From Eledone cirrhosa (lineage: Eukaryota), in the NCBI GenBank assembly GCA_964016885.1, contig OZ024740.1, positions 45,942,001 to 46,006,000 on the forward strand: a stretch of 64,000 nucleotides of DNA, given 5' to 3'. Every line of letters starts with the position of its first letter. The first letter of the stretch is position 1. Position numbers and translations under genes: made by a program. The notes under the pieces were generated by a model, which saw nothing but the letters and a program-made list of their open reading frames with translations, ran no database searches and was not told where the DNA came from. Below, piece after piece: positions 1-13,670 of the stretch.

Positions 1-3000
1 ATCTACTGTCTATTGTTTTTTGTAACAAGATATTGGTGTTGTACAGGAAGAATTAGGCCTACTGTCTATTGTTGTAATTAGACATTCGTGTTGTAACAGC
101 AAGAATTAGATCTACTGTCTATTGTTGTATGTAACAAGATATAGGTGTTGTACAGCAAGAATTAGATCTACTGTCTATTGTTGTGTGTAACAAGACATTG
201 GTGTTGTGCAGCAAGAATTAGATCTACTGTCTATTGTTGTGTGTAACAAGACATTGGTGTTGTACAGCAAGAATTCGATCTACTGTCTATTGTCGTGTGT
301 CACAAGACATTGGTGTTGTACAGCAAGAATTAGATCTATTGTCTATTGTTGTATGTAACAAGATATTGGTTGTTGTACAGCAAGAATTAGGCCTACTGTC
401 TATTGTTGTGTGTAACAAGACATTGGTGTTGTACAGCAAGAATTAGGCTTACTGTCTATTGTTGTAATTAGAGATTCGTGTTGTACAGTAAGAATTAGAT
501 CTATTGTCTATTGTTGTGTGTAACAAGATATTGGTTTTGTACAGCAAGAATTAGATCTACCCTCTATTGTTGTATGTAACAAGACATTGGTGTTGTACAG
601 AAAGAATTAGGCCTACTGTCTATTGTTGTAATTAGACATTCGTGTTGTACAGCAAGAATTAGATCTACTGTCTATTGTTGTGTGTAACAAGACATTGGTG
701 TTGTGCAGCAAGAATTAGATCTACTGTCTATTGTTGTGTGTAACAAGACATTGGTGTTGTACAGCAAGAATTAGGCCTACTGTCTATTGTTATGTGTAAC
801 AAGACATTGGTGTTGTACAGCAAGAACTAGGCTTACTGTCTATTGTTGTAATTAGACATTCGTGTTGTACAGCAAGATTTAGATCTACTGTCTATTGTTG
901 TATGTGACAAGACATTGGTGTTGTACAGCAAGTATTAGATCTACTGTCTATTGTTGTATGTAACAAGACATTGGTGTTGTACAGCAAGAATTAGGCCTAC
1001 TGTCTATTGTTGTAATTAGACATTCGTGTTGTACAGCAAGAATTAGATCTACTGTCTATTGTTGTATGTAACAAGATATTGGTGTTGTACAGCAAGAATT
1101 ATACCTACTGTCTATTGTTGTATGTAACAAGACATTGGTGTTGTGCAGCAAGAATTAGATCTACTGTCTATTGTTGTGTGTAACAAGATATTGGTGTTGT
1201 ACAGCAAGAATTAGACCTACTGTCTATTGTTGTATGTAACAAGATGTTGGTGTTGTACAGCAAGAATTAGACCTACTGTCTGTTGTTGTATGTAACAAGA
1301 TATTGGTGTTGTACAGCAAGAATTAGATGTATTGTCTATTGTTGTATGTAACAAGACATTGGTGTTGTACAGCAAGAATTAGATCTACTGTCTATTGTTG
1401 TATGTAACAAGATATTGGTGTTGTACAGCAAGAATTAGATCTACTGTCTATTGTTGTGTGTAACAAGATATTGGTGTTGTACTGCAAGAATTAGATCTAC
1501 TATCTATTGTTGTGTGTAACAAGACATTGGTTTTGTACAGCAAGAATTAGATCTACTGTCTATTGTTGTGTGTAACAAGACATTGGTGTTGCACAGCAAG
1601 AATTAGATCTACTGTCTATTGTTGTATGTAACAAGACATTGTTGTTGTACAGCAAGAATTAGGCCTACTGTCTATTGTTGTAATTAGACATTCGTGTTGT
1701 ACAGCAAGAATTAGATCTACTGTCTATTGTTGTATGTAACAAGATATTGGCGTTGTACAGCAAGAATTAGATCTACTGTCTATTGTTGTTGTGTAACAAG
1801 ACATTGGTGTTGTGCAGCAAGAATTAGATCTACTGTCTATTGTTGTGTGTAACAAGACATTGGTGTGGTACAGCAAGAATTAGACCTACTGTCTATTGTG
1901 GTATGTAACAAGATATTGGTGTTGTACAGCAAGAATTAGACCTACTGTCTGTTGTTGTATGTAACAAGATATTGGTGTTGTACAGCAAGAATTAGATGTA
2001 TTGTCTATTGTTGTATGTAACAAGACATTGGTGTTGTACAGCAAGAATTAGATCTACTGTCTCTTGTTGTATGTAACAAGACATTGGTTTTGTACAGCAA
2101 GAATTAGGCCTACTTTCTATTGTTGTAATTAGACATTCGTGTTGTACAGCACGAATTAGATCTACTGTCTATTGTTGTATGTGACAAGATATTGGTGTTG
2201 GACAGCAAGAATTAGAACTATTGTCTATTGTTGTATGTAACAAGATATTGGTGTTGTTCAGCAAGAATTAGACCTACTGTCTGTTGTTGTATGTAACAAG
2301 ATATTGGTGTTGTACAGCAAGAATTAGATGTATTGTCTATTGTTGTATGTAACAAGACATTGGTGTTGTACAGCAAGAATTAGATCTACTGTCTCTTGTT
2401 GTATGTAACAAGACATTGGTTTTGTACAGCAAGAATTAGGCCTACTTTCTATTGTTGTAATTAGACATTCGTGTTGTACAGCAAGAATTAGATCTACTGT
2501 CTATTGTTGTATGTGACAAGATATTGGTGTTGTACAGCAAGAATTAGAACTATTGTCTATTGTAGTATGTAACAAGACATTGGTGTTGTTCAGCAAGAAT
2601 TAGATCTACTGTCTATTGTTGTATGTAACAAGACATTGGTGTTGTACAGCAAGAATTAGATCTACTGTCTATTGTTGTATGTAACAAGATATTGGTGTTG
2701 TACAGCAAGAATTAGACCTACCGTCTATTGTTGTATGTAACAAGATATTGGTGTTGTACAGCAAGAATTAGACCTACTGTCTGTTGTTGTATGTAACAAG
2801 ATATTGGTGTTGTACAGCAAGAATTAGATGTATTGTCTATTGTTGTATATAAGAAGACATTGGTGTTGTGCAGCAAGAATTAGATCTACTGTCTATTGTT
2901 GTATGTGACAAGATATTGGTGTTGTACAGCAAGAATTAGAACTATTGTCTATTGTTGTATGTAACAAGACATTGGTTTTGTACAGCAAGAATTAGGCCTA

Positions 3001-6000
3001 CTTTCTATTGTTGTAATTAGACATTCGTGTTGTACAGCACGAATTAGATCTACTGTCTATTGTTGTATGTGACAAGATATTGGTGTTGTACAGCAAGAAT
3101 TAGAACTATTGTCTATTGTTGTATGTAACAAGACATTGGTGTTGTTCAGCAAGAATTAGATCTACTGTCTATTGTTGTATGTAACAAGATGTTGGTGTTG
3201 TACAGAAAGAATTAGACCTACTGTCTGTTGTTGTGTGTAACAAGATATTGGTGTTGTACAGCAAGAATTAGACCTACTCTCTGTTGTTGTGTGTAACAAG
3301 ATATTGGTGTTGTACAGCAAGAATTAGACCTACTGTCTATTGTTGTATGTAACAAGATATTGGTGTTGTACAGCAAGTATTAGACCTACTGTCTATTGTT
3401 GTATGTAACAAGATATTAGTGTTGTACAGCAAGAATTAGACCTACTGTCTATTGTTGTATGTAACAAGATATTGGTGTTGTACAGCAAGAATTAGACCTA
3501 CTGTCTATTGTTGTGTGTAACAAGACATTGGTGTTGTACAGCAAGAATTATATCTACTGTCTATTGTTTTTTGTAACAAGATATTGGTGTTGTACAGGAA
3601 GAATTAGGCCTACTGTCTATTGTTGTAATTAGACATTCGTGTTGTAACAGCAAGAATTAGATCTACTGTCTATTGTTGTATGTAACAAGATATAGGTGTT
3701 GTACAGCAAGAATTAGATCTACTGTCTATTGTTGTGTGTAACAAGACATTGGTGTTGTGCAGCAAGAATTAGATCTACTGTCTATTGTTGTGTGTAACAA
3801 GACATTGGTGTTGTACAGCAAGAATTCGATCTACTGTCTATTGTCGTGTGTCACAAGACATTGGTGTTGTACAGCAAGAATTAGATCTATTGTCTATTGT
3901 TGTATGTAACAAGATATTGGTTGTTGTACAGCAAGAATTAGGCCTACTGTCTATTGTTGTGTGTAACAAGACATTGGTGTTGTACAGCAAGAATTAGGCT
4001 TACTGTCTATTGTTGTAATTAGAGATTCGTGTTGTACAGTAAGAATTAGATCTATTGTCTATTGTTGTGTGTAACAAGATATTGGTTTTGTACAGCAAGA
4101 ATTAGATCTACCCTCTATTGTTGTATGTAACAAGACATTGGTGTTGTACAGAAAGAATTAGGCCTACTGTCTATTGTTGTAATTAGACATTCGTGTTGTA
4201 CAGCAAGAATTAGATCTACTGTCTATTGTTGTGTGTAACAAGACATTGGTGTTGTGCAGCAAGAATTAGATCTACTGTCTATTGTTGTGTGTAACAAGAC
4301 ATTGGTGTTGTACAGCAAGAATTAGGCCTACTGTCTATTGTTATGTGTAACAAGACATTGGTGTTGTACAGCAAGAACTAGGCTTACTGTCTATTGTTGT
4401 AATTAGACATTCGTGTTGTACAGCAAGATTTAGATCTACTGTCTATTGTTGTATGTGACAAGACATTGGTGTTGTACAGCAAGTATTAGATCTACTGTCT
4501 ATTGTTGTATGTAACAAGACATTGGTGTTGTACAGCAAGAATTAGGCCTACTGTCTATTGTTGTAATTAGACATTCGTGTTGTACAGCAAGAATTAGATC
4601 TACTGTCTATTGTTGTATGTAACAAGATATTGGTGTTGTACAGCAAGAATTATACCTACTGTCTATTGTTGTATGTAACAAGACATTGGTGTTGTGCAGC
4701 AAGAATTAGATCTACTGTCTATTGTTGTGTGTAACAAGATATTGGTGTTGTACAGCAAGAATTAGACCTACTGTCTATTGTTGTATGTAACAAGATGTTG
4801 GTGTTGTACAGCAAGAATTAGACCTACTGTCTGTTGTTGTATGTAACAAGATATTGGTGTTGTACAGCAAGAATTAGATGTATTGTCTATTGTTGTATGT
4901 AACAAGACATTGGTGTTGTACAGCAAGAATTAGATCTACTGTCTATTGTTGTATGTAACAAGATATTGGTGTTGTACAGCAAGAATTAGATCTACTGTCT
5001 ATTGTTGTGTGTAACAAGATATTGGTGTTGTACTGCAAGAATTAGATCTACTATCTATTGTTGTGTGTAACAAGACATTGGTTTTGTACAGCAAGAATTA
5101 GATCTACTGTCTATTGTTGTGTGTAACAAGACATTGGTGTTGCACAGCAAGAATTAGATCTACTGTCTATTGTTGTATGTAACAAGACATTGTTGTTGTA
5201 CAGCAAGAATTAGGCCTACTGTCTATTGTTGTAATTAGACATTCGTGTTGTACAGCAAGAATTAGATCTACTGTCTATTGTTGTATGTAACAAGATATTG
5301 GCGTTGTACAGCAAGAATTAGATCTACTGTCTATTGTTGTTGTGTAACAAGACATTGGTGTTGTGCAGCAAGAATTAGATCTACTGTCTATTGTTGTGTG
5401 TAACAAGACATTGGTGTGGTACAGCAAGAATTAGACCTACTGTCTATTGTGGTATGTAACAAGATATTGGTGTTGTACAGCAAGAATTAGACCTACTGTC
5501 TGTTGTTGTATGTAACAAGATATTGGTGTTGTACAGCAAGAATTAGATGTATTGTCTATTGTTGTATGTAACAAGACATTGGTGTTGTACAGCAAGAATT
5601 AGATCTACTGTCTCTTGTTGTATGTAACAAGACATTGGTTTTGTACAGCAAGAATTAGGCCTACTTTCTATTGTTGTAATTAGACATTCGTGTTGTACAG
5701 CACGAATTAGATCTACTGTCTATTGTTGTATGTGACAAGATATTGGTGTTGGACAGCAAGAATTAGAACTATTGTCTATTGTTGTATGTAACAAGATATT
5801 GGTGTTGTTCAGCAAGAATTAGACCTACTGTCTGTTGTTGTATGTAACAAGATATTGGTGTTGTACAGCAAGAATTAGATGTATTGTCTATTGTTGTATG
5901 TAACAAGACATTGGTGTTGTACAGCAAGAATTAGATCTACTGTCTCTTGTTGTATGTAACAAGACATTGGTTTTGTACAGCAAGAATTAGGCCTACTTTC

Positions 6001-6527
6001 TATTGTTGTAATTAGACATTCGTGTTGTACAGCAAGAATTAGATCTACTGTCTATTGTTGTATGTGACAAGATATTGGTGTTGTACAGCAAGAATTAGAA
6101 CTATTGTCTATTGTAGTATGTAACAAGACATTGGTGTTGTTCAGCAAGAATTAGATCTACTGTCTATTGTTGTATGTAACAAGACATTGGTGTTGTACAG
6201 CAAGAATTAGATCTACTGTCTATTGTTGTATGTAACAAGATATTGGTGTTGTACAGCAAGAATTAGACCTACCGTCTATTGTTGTATGTAACAAGATATT
6301 GGTGTTGTACAGCAAGAATTAGACCTACTGTCTGTTGTTGTATGTAACAAGATATTGGTGTTGTACAGCAAGAATTAGATGTATTGTCTATTGTTGTATA
6401 TAAGAAGACATTGGTGTTGTGCAGCAAGAATTAGATCTACTGTCTATTGTTGTATGTGACAAGATATTGGTGTTGTACAGCAAGAATTAGAACTATTGTC
6501 TATTGTTGTATGTAACAAGACATTGGT
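1..6527. repeat. Higher-order tandem duplication, period 3551 bp (about 1-2976 matches 3552-6527); a third partial copy starts at 8163
   Basis: Identical ORFs at 234, 3785 and 8396 (offsets 3551 and 8162). Rare variants recur at +3551, and the first mismatch I found is 2977 vs 6528. Confidence 0.9.
611..662. repeat. Example of the 52-bp variant monomer (GCCT...TTGTAATTAGACATTCG...), recurring across the whole array
   Basis: Starts at 611 and the next monomer starts at 663. TGTAACAAGA is replaced by ATTAGA, with linked CATTCG and a GCCT or GCTT start. Confidence 0.95.
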
Positions 6528-9500
6528 GTTGTACAGCAAGAATTAGAACTATTGTCTATTGTTGTATGTAACAAGACATTCGTGTTGTACAGCAAGAATT
6601 AGATCTACTGTCTATTGTTGTATGTGACAAGATATTGGTGTTGTACAGCAAGAATTAGAACTATTGTCTATTGTTGTATGTAACAAGACATTGGTGTTGT
6701 TCAGCAAGAATTAGATCTACTGTCTATTGTTGTATGTAACAAGATGTTGGTGTTGTACAGAAAGAATTAGACCTACTGTCTGTTGTTGTGTGTAACAAGA
6801 TATTGGTGTTGTACAGCAAGAATTAGACCTACTCTCTGTTGTTGTGTGTAACAAGATATTGGTGTTGTACAGCAAGAATTAGACCTACTGTCTATTGTTG
6901 TATGTAACAAGATATTGGTGTTGTACAGCAAGTATTAGACCTACTGTCTATTGTTGTATGTAACAAGATATTGGTGTTGTACAGCAAGAATTAGACCTAC
7001 TGTCTATTGTTGTGTGTAACAAGACATTGGTGTTGTACAGCAAGAATTATATCTACTGTCTATTGTTTTTTGTAACAAGATATTGGTGTTGTACAGGAAG
7101 AATTAGGCCTACTGTCTATTGTTTTAATTAGACATTCGTGTTGTACAGCAAGAATTAGATCTACTGTCTATTGTTGTATGTAACAAGACATTGGTGTTGT
7201 ACAACAAGAATTAGATCTACTGTCTATTGTCGTATGTAACAAGACATTGGTGTTGTACAGCAAGAATTAGATCTACTGTCTATTGTTGTATGTAACAAGA
7301 CATTGGTGTTGTACAGCAAGAATTAGATCTACTGTCTATTGTTGTATGTAACAAGATATTGGTGTTGTACAGCAAGAATTAGACCTACTGTCTATTGTTG
7401 TATGTAACAAGATATTGGTGTTGTACAGCAAGAATTAGACCTACTGTCTGTTGTTGTATGTAACAAGATATTGGTGTTGTACAGCAAGAATTAGATGTAT
7501 TGTCTATTGTTATATGTAACAAGACATTGGTGTTGTACAGCAAGAATTAGATCTACTGTCTCTTGTTGTATGTAACAAGACATTGGTTTTGTACAGCAAG
7601 AATTAGGCCTACTTTCTATTGTTGTAATTAGACATTCGTGTTGTACAGCACGAATTAGATCTACTGTCTATTGTTGTATGTGACAAGATATTGGTGTTGT
7701 ACAGCAAGAATTAGAACTATTGTCTATTGTTGTATGTAACAAGACATTGGTGTTGTTCAGCAAGAATTAGATCTACTGTCTATTGTTGTATGTAACAAGA
7801 TGTTGGTGTTGTACAGAAAGAATTAGACCTACTGTCTGTTGTTGTGTGTAACAAGATATTGGTGTTGTACAGCAAGAATTAGACCTACTCTCTGTTGTTG
7901 TGTGTAACAAGATATTGGTGTTGTACAGCAAGAATTAGACCTACTGTCTATTGTTGTATGTAACAAGATATTGGTGTTGTACAGCAAGTATTAGACCTAC
8001 TGTCTATTGTTGTATGTAACAAGATATTGGTGTTGTACAGCAAGAATTAGACCTACTGTCTATTGTTGTATGTAACAAGATATTGGTGTTGTACAGCAAG
8101 AATTAGACCTACTGTCTATTGTTGTGTGTAACAAGACATTGGTGTTGTACAGCAAGAATTATATCTACTGTCTATTGTTTTTTGTAACAAGATATTGGTG
8201 TTGTACAGGAAGAATTAGGCCTACTGTCTATTGTTGTAATTAGACATTCGTGTTGTAACAGCAAGAATTAGATCTACTGTCTATTGTTGTATGTAACAAG
8301 ATATAGGTGTTGTACAGCAAGAATTAGATCTACTGTCTATTGTTGTGTGTAACAAGACATTGGTGTTGTGCAGCAAGAATTAGATCTACTGTCTATTGTT
8401 GTGTGTAACAAGACATTGGTGTTGTACAGCAAGAATTCGATCTACTGTCTATTGTCGTGTGTCACAAGACATTGGTGTTGTACAGCAAGAATTAGATCTA
8501 TTGTCTATTGTTGTATGTAACAAGATATTGGTTGTTGTACAGCAAGAATTAGGCCTACTGTCTATTGTTGTGTGTAACAAGACATTGGTGTTGTACAGCA
8601 AGAATTAGGCTTACTGTCTATTGTTGTAATTAGAGATTCGTGTTGTACAGTAAGAATTAGATCTATTGTCTATTGTTGTGTGTAACAAGATATTGGTTTT
8701 GTACAGCAAGAATTAGATCTACCCTCTATTGTTGTATGTAACAAGACATTGGTGTTGTACAGAAAGAATTAGGCCTACTGTCTATTGTTGTAATTAGACA
8801 TTCGTGTTGTACAGCAAGAATTAGATCTACTGTCTATTGTTGTGTGTAACAAGACATTGGTGTTGTGCAGCAAGAATTAGATCTACTGTCTATTGTTGTG
8901 TGTAACAAGACATTGGTGTTGTACAGCAAGAATTAGGCCTACTGTCTATTGTTATGTGTAACAAGACATTGGTGTTGTACAGCAAGAACTAGGCTTACTG
9001 TCTATTGTTGTAATTAGACATTCGTGTTGTACAGCAAGATTTAGATCTACTGTCTATTGTTGTATGTGACAAGACATTGGTGTTGTACAGCAAGTATTAG
9101 ATCTACTGTCTATTGTTGTATGTAACAAGACATTGGTGTTGTACAGCAAGAATTAGGCCTACTGTCTATTGTTGTAATTAGACATTCGTGTTGTACAGCA
9201 AGAATTAGATCTACTGTCTATTGTTGTATGTAACAAGATATTGGTGTTGTACAGCAAGAATTATACCTACTGTCTATTGTTGTATGTAACAAGACATTGG
9301 TGTTGTGCAGCAAGAATTAGATCTACTGTCTATTGTTGTGTGTAACAAGATATTGGTGTTGTACAGCAAGAATTAGACCTACTGTCTATTGTTGTATGTA
9401 ACAAGATGTTGGTGTTGTACAGCAAGAATTAGACCTACTGTCTGTTGTTGTATGTAACAAGATATTGGTGTTGTACAGCAAGAATTAGATGTATTGTCTA

Positions 9501-11999
9501 TTGTTGTATGTAACAAGACATTGGTGTTGTACAGCAAGAATTAGATCTACTGTCTATTGTTGTATGTAACAAGACATTGGTGTTGTACAGCAAGAATTAG
9601 ATCTACTGTCTATTGTTGTATGTAACAAGATATTGGTGTTGTACAGCAAGAATTAGATCTACTGTCTATTGTTGTGTGTAACAAGATATTCGTGTTGTAC
9701 TGCAAGAATTAGATCTACTATCTATTGTTGTGTGTAACAAGACATTGGTTTTGTACAGCAAGAATTAGATCTACTGTCTATTGTTGTGTGTAACAAGACA
9801 TTGGTGTTGTACAGCAAGAATTAGATCTACTGTCTATTGTTGTATGTAACAGGACATTGCTGTTGTACAGCAAGAATTAGGCCTACTGTCTATTGTTGTA
9901 ATTAGACATTCGTGTTGTACAGCAAGAATTAGATCTACTGTCTATTGTTGTATGTAACAAGATATTGGCGTTGTACAGCAAGAATTAGATCTACTGTCTA
10001 TTGTTGTTGTGTAACAAGACATTGGTATTGTGCAGCAAGAATTAGATCTACTGTCTATTGTTGTGTGTAACAAGACATTGGTGTGGTACAGCAAGAATTA
10101 GACCTACTGTCTATTGTGGTATGTAACAAGATATTGGTGTTGTACAGCAAGAATTAGACCTACTGTCTGTTGTTGTATGTAACAAGATATTGGTGTTGTA
10201 CAGCAAGAATTAGATGTATTGTCTATTGTTGTATGTAACAAGACATTGGTGTTGTGCAGCAAGAATTAGATCTACTGTCTATTGTTGTATGTGACAAGAT
10301 ATTGGTGTTGTACAGCAAGAATTAGAACTATTGTCTATTGTTGTATGTAACAAGACATTGGTGTTGTTCAGCAAGAATTAGATCTACTGTCTATTGTTGT
10401 ATGTAACAAGACATTGGTGTTGTACAGCAAGAATTAGATCTACTGTCTATTGTTGTATGTAACAAGATATTGGTGTTGTACAGCAAGAATTAGACCTACT
10501 GTCTATTGTTGTATGTAACAAGATATTGGTGTTGTACAGCAAGAATTAGACCTACTGTCTGTTGTTGTATGTAACAAGATATTGGTGTTGTACAGCAAGA
10601 ATTAGATGTATTGTCTATTGTTATATGTAACAATACATTGGTGTTGTACAGCAAGAATTAGATCTACTGTCTCTTGTTGTATGTAACAAGACATTGGTTT
10701 TGTACAGCAAGAATTAGGCCTACTTTCTATTGTTGTAATTAGACATTCGTGTTGTACAGCACGAATTAGATCTACTGTCTATTGTTGTATGTGACAAGAT
10801 ATTGGTGTTGTACAGCAAGAATTAGAACTATTGTCTATTGTTGTATGTAACAAGACATTGGTGTTGTTCAGCAAGAATTAGATCTACTGTCTATTGTTGT
10901 ATGTAACAAGATGTTGGTGTTGTACAGAAAGAATTAGACCTACTGTCTGTTGTTGTGTGTAACAAGATATTGGTGTTGTACAGCAAGAATTAGACCTACT
11001 GTCTGTTGTTGTATGTAACAAGATATTGGTGTTGTACAGCAAGAATTAGATGTATTGTCTATTGTTGTATGTAAGAAGACATTGGTGTTGTGCAGCAAGA
11101 ATTAGATCTACTGTCTATTGTTGTATGTGACAAGATATTGGTGTTGTACAGCAAGAATTAGAACTATTGTCTATTGTTGTATGTAACAAGACATTGGTGT
11201 TGTTCAGCAAGAATTACATCTACTGTCTATTGTTGTATGTAACAAGATGTTGGTGTTGTACAGAAAGAATTAGACCTACTGTCTGTTGTTGTGTGTAACA
11301 AGATATTGGTGTTGTACAGCAAGAATTAGACCTACTCTCTGTTGTTGTGTGTAACAAGATATTGGTGTTGTACAGCAAGAATTAGACCTACTGTCTATTG
11401 TTGTATGTAACAAGATATTGGTGTTGTACAGCAAGTATTAGACCTACTGTCTATTGTTGTATGTAACAAGATATTGGTGTTGTACAGCAAGAATTAGACC
11501 TACTGTCTATTGTTGTGTGTAACAAGACATTGGTGTTGTACAGCAAGAATTATATCTACTGTCTATTGTTTTTTGTAACAAGATATTGGTGTTGTACAGG
11601 AAGAATTAGGCCTACTGTCTATTGTTGTAATTAGACATTCGTGTTGTACAGCAAGAATTAGATCTACTGTCTATTGTTGTATGTAACAAGACATTGGTGT
11701 TGTACAGCAAGAATTAGATCTACTGTTTATTGTTGTATGTAACAAGACATTGGTGTTGTACAACAAGAATTAGATCTACTGTCTATTGTCGTATGTAACA
11801 AGACATTGGTGTTGTACAGCAAGAATTAGATCTACTGTCTATTGTTGTATGTAACAAGACATTGGTGTTGTACAGCAAGAATTAGATCTACTGTCTATTG
11901 TTGTATGTAACAAGATATTGGTGTTGTACAGCAAGAATTAGACCTACTGTCTATTGTTGTATGTAACAAGATATTGGTGTTGTACAGCAAGAATTAGAC

Positions 12000-13670
12000 C
12001 TACTGTCTGTTGTTGTATGTAACAAGATATTGGTGTTGTACAGCAAGAATTAGATGTATTGTCTATTGTTATATGTAACAAGACATTGGTGTTGTACAGC
12101 AAGAATTAGATCTACTGTCTCTTGTTGTATGTAACAAGACATTGGTTTTGTACAGCAAGAATTAGGCCTACTTTCTATTGTTGTAATTAGACATTCGTGT
12201 TGTACAGCACGAATTAGATCTACTGTCTATTGTTGTATGTGACAAGATATTGGTGTTGTACAGCAAGAATTAGAACTATTGTCTGTTGTTGTATGTAACA
12301 AGACATTGGTGTTGTTCAGCAAGAAATAGATCTACTGTCTATTGTTGTATGTAACAAGATGTTGGTGTTGTACAGAAAGAATTAGACCTACTGTCTGTTG
12401 TTGTGTTTAACAAGATATTGGTGTTGTACAGCAAGAATTAGACCTACTCTCTGTTGTTGTGTGTAACAAGATATTGGTGTTGTACAGCAAGAATTAGACC
12501 TACTGTCTATTGTTGTATGTAACAAGATATTGGTGTTGTACAGCAAGAATTAGACCTACTGTCTATTGTTGTGTGTAACAAGACATTGGTGTTGTACAGC
12601 AAGAATTATATCTACTGTCTATTGTTGTATGTAACAAGATATTGGTGTTGTACAGCAAGAATTATATCTACTGTCTATTGTTTTTTGTAACAAGATATTG
12701 GTGTTGTACAGGAAGAATTAGGCCTACTGTCTATTGTTGTAATTAGACATTCGTGTTGTAACAGCAAGAATTAGATCTACTGTCTATTGTTGTATGTAAC
12801 AAGATATAGGTGTTGTACAGCAAGAATTAGATCTACTGTCTGTTGTTGTATGTAACAAGATATTGGTGTTGTACAGCAAGAATTAGATGTATTGTCTATT
12901 GTTATATGTAACAAGACATTGGTGTTGTACAGCAAGAATTAGATCTACTGTCTCTTGTTGTATGTAACAAGACATTGGTTTTGTACAGCAAGAATTAGGT
13001 CTACTTTCTATTGTTGTAATTAGACATTCGTGTTGTACAGCACGAATTAGATCTACTGTCTATTGTTGTATGTGACAAGATATTGGTGTTGTACAGCAAG
13101 AATTAGAACTATTGTCTGTTGTTGTATGTAACAAGACATTGGTGTTGTTCAGCAAGAAATAGATCTACTGTCTATTGTTGTATGTAACAAGATGTTGGTG
13201 TTGTACAGAAAGAATTAGACCTACTGTCTGTTGTTGTGTTTAACAAGATATTGGTGTTGTACAGCAAGAATTAGACCTACTCTCTGTTGTTGTGTGTAAC
13301 AAGATATTGGTGTTGTACAGCAAGAATTAGACCTACTGTCTATTGTTGTATGTAACAAGATATTGGTGTTGTACAGCAAGAATTAGACCTACTGTCTATT
13401 GTTGTGTGTAACAAGACATTGGTGTTGTACAGCAAGAATTATATCTACTGTCTATTGTTGTATGTAACAAGATATTGGTGTTGTACAGCAAGAATTATAT
13501 CTACTGTCTATTGTTTTTTGTAACAAGATATTGGTGTTGTACAGGAAGAATTAGGCCTACTGTCTATTGTTGTAATTAGACATTCGTGTTGTAACAGCAA
13601 GAATTAGATCTACTGTCTATTGTTGTATGTAACAAGATATAGGTGTTGTACAGCAAGAATTAGATCTACT
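12000..13670. repeat. Local tandem duplication, period 833 bp (15 monomers)
   Basis: Marker monomer at 12666 and 13499. Shared rare variants AAGAAATAG and GTGTTTAAC recur at +833. Confidence 0.8.
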
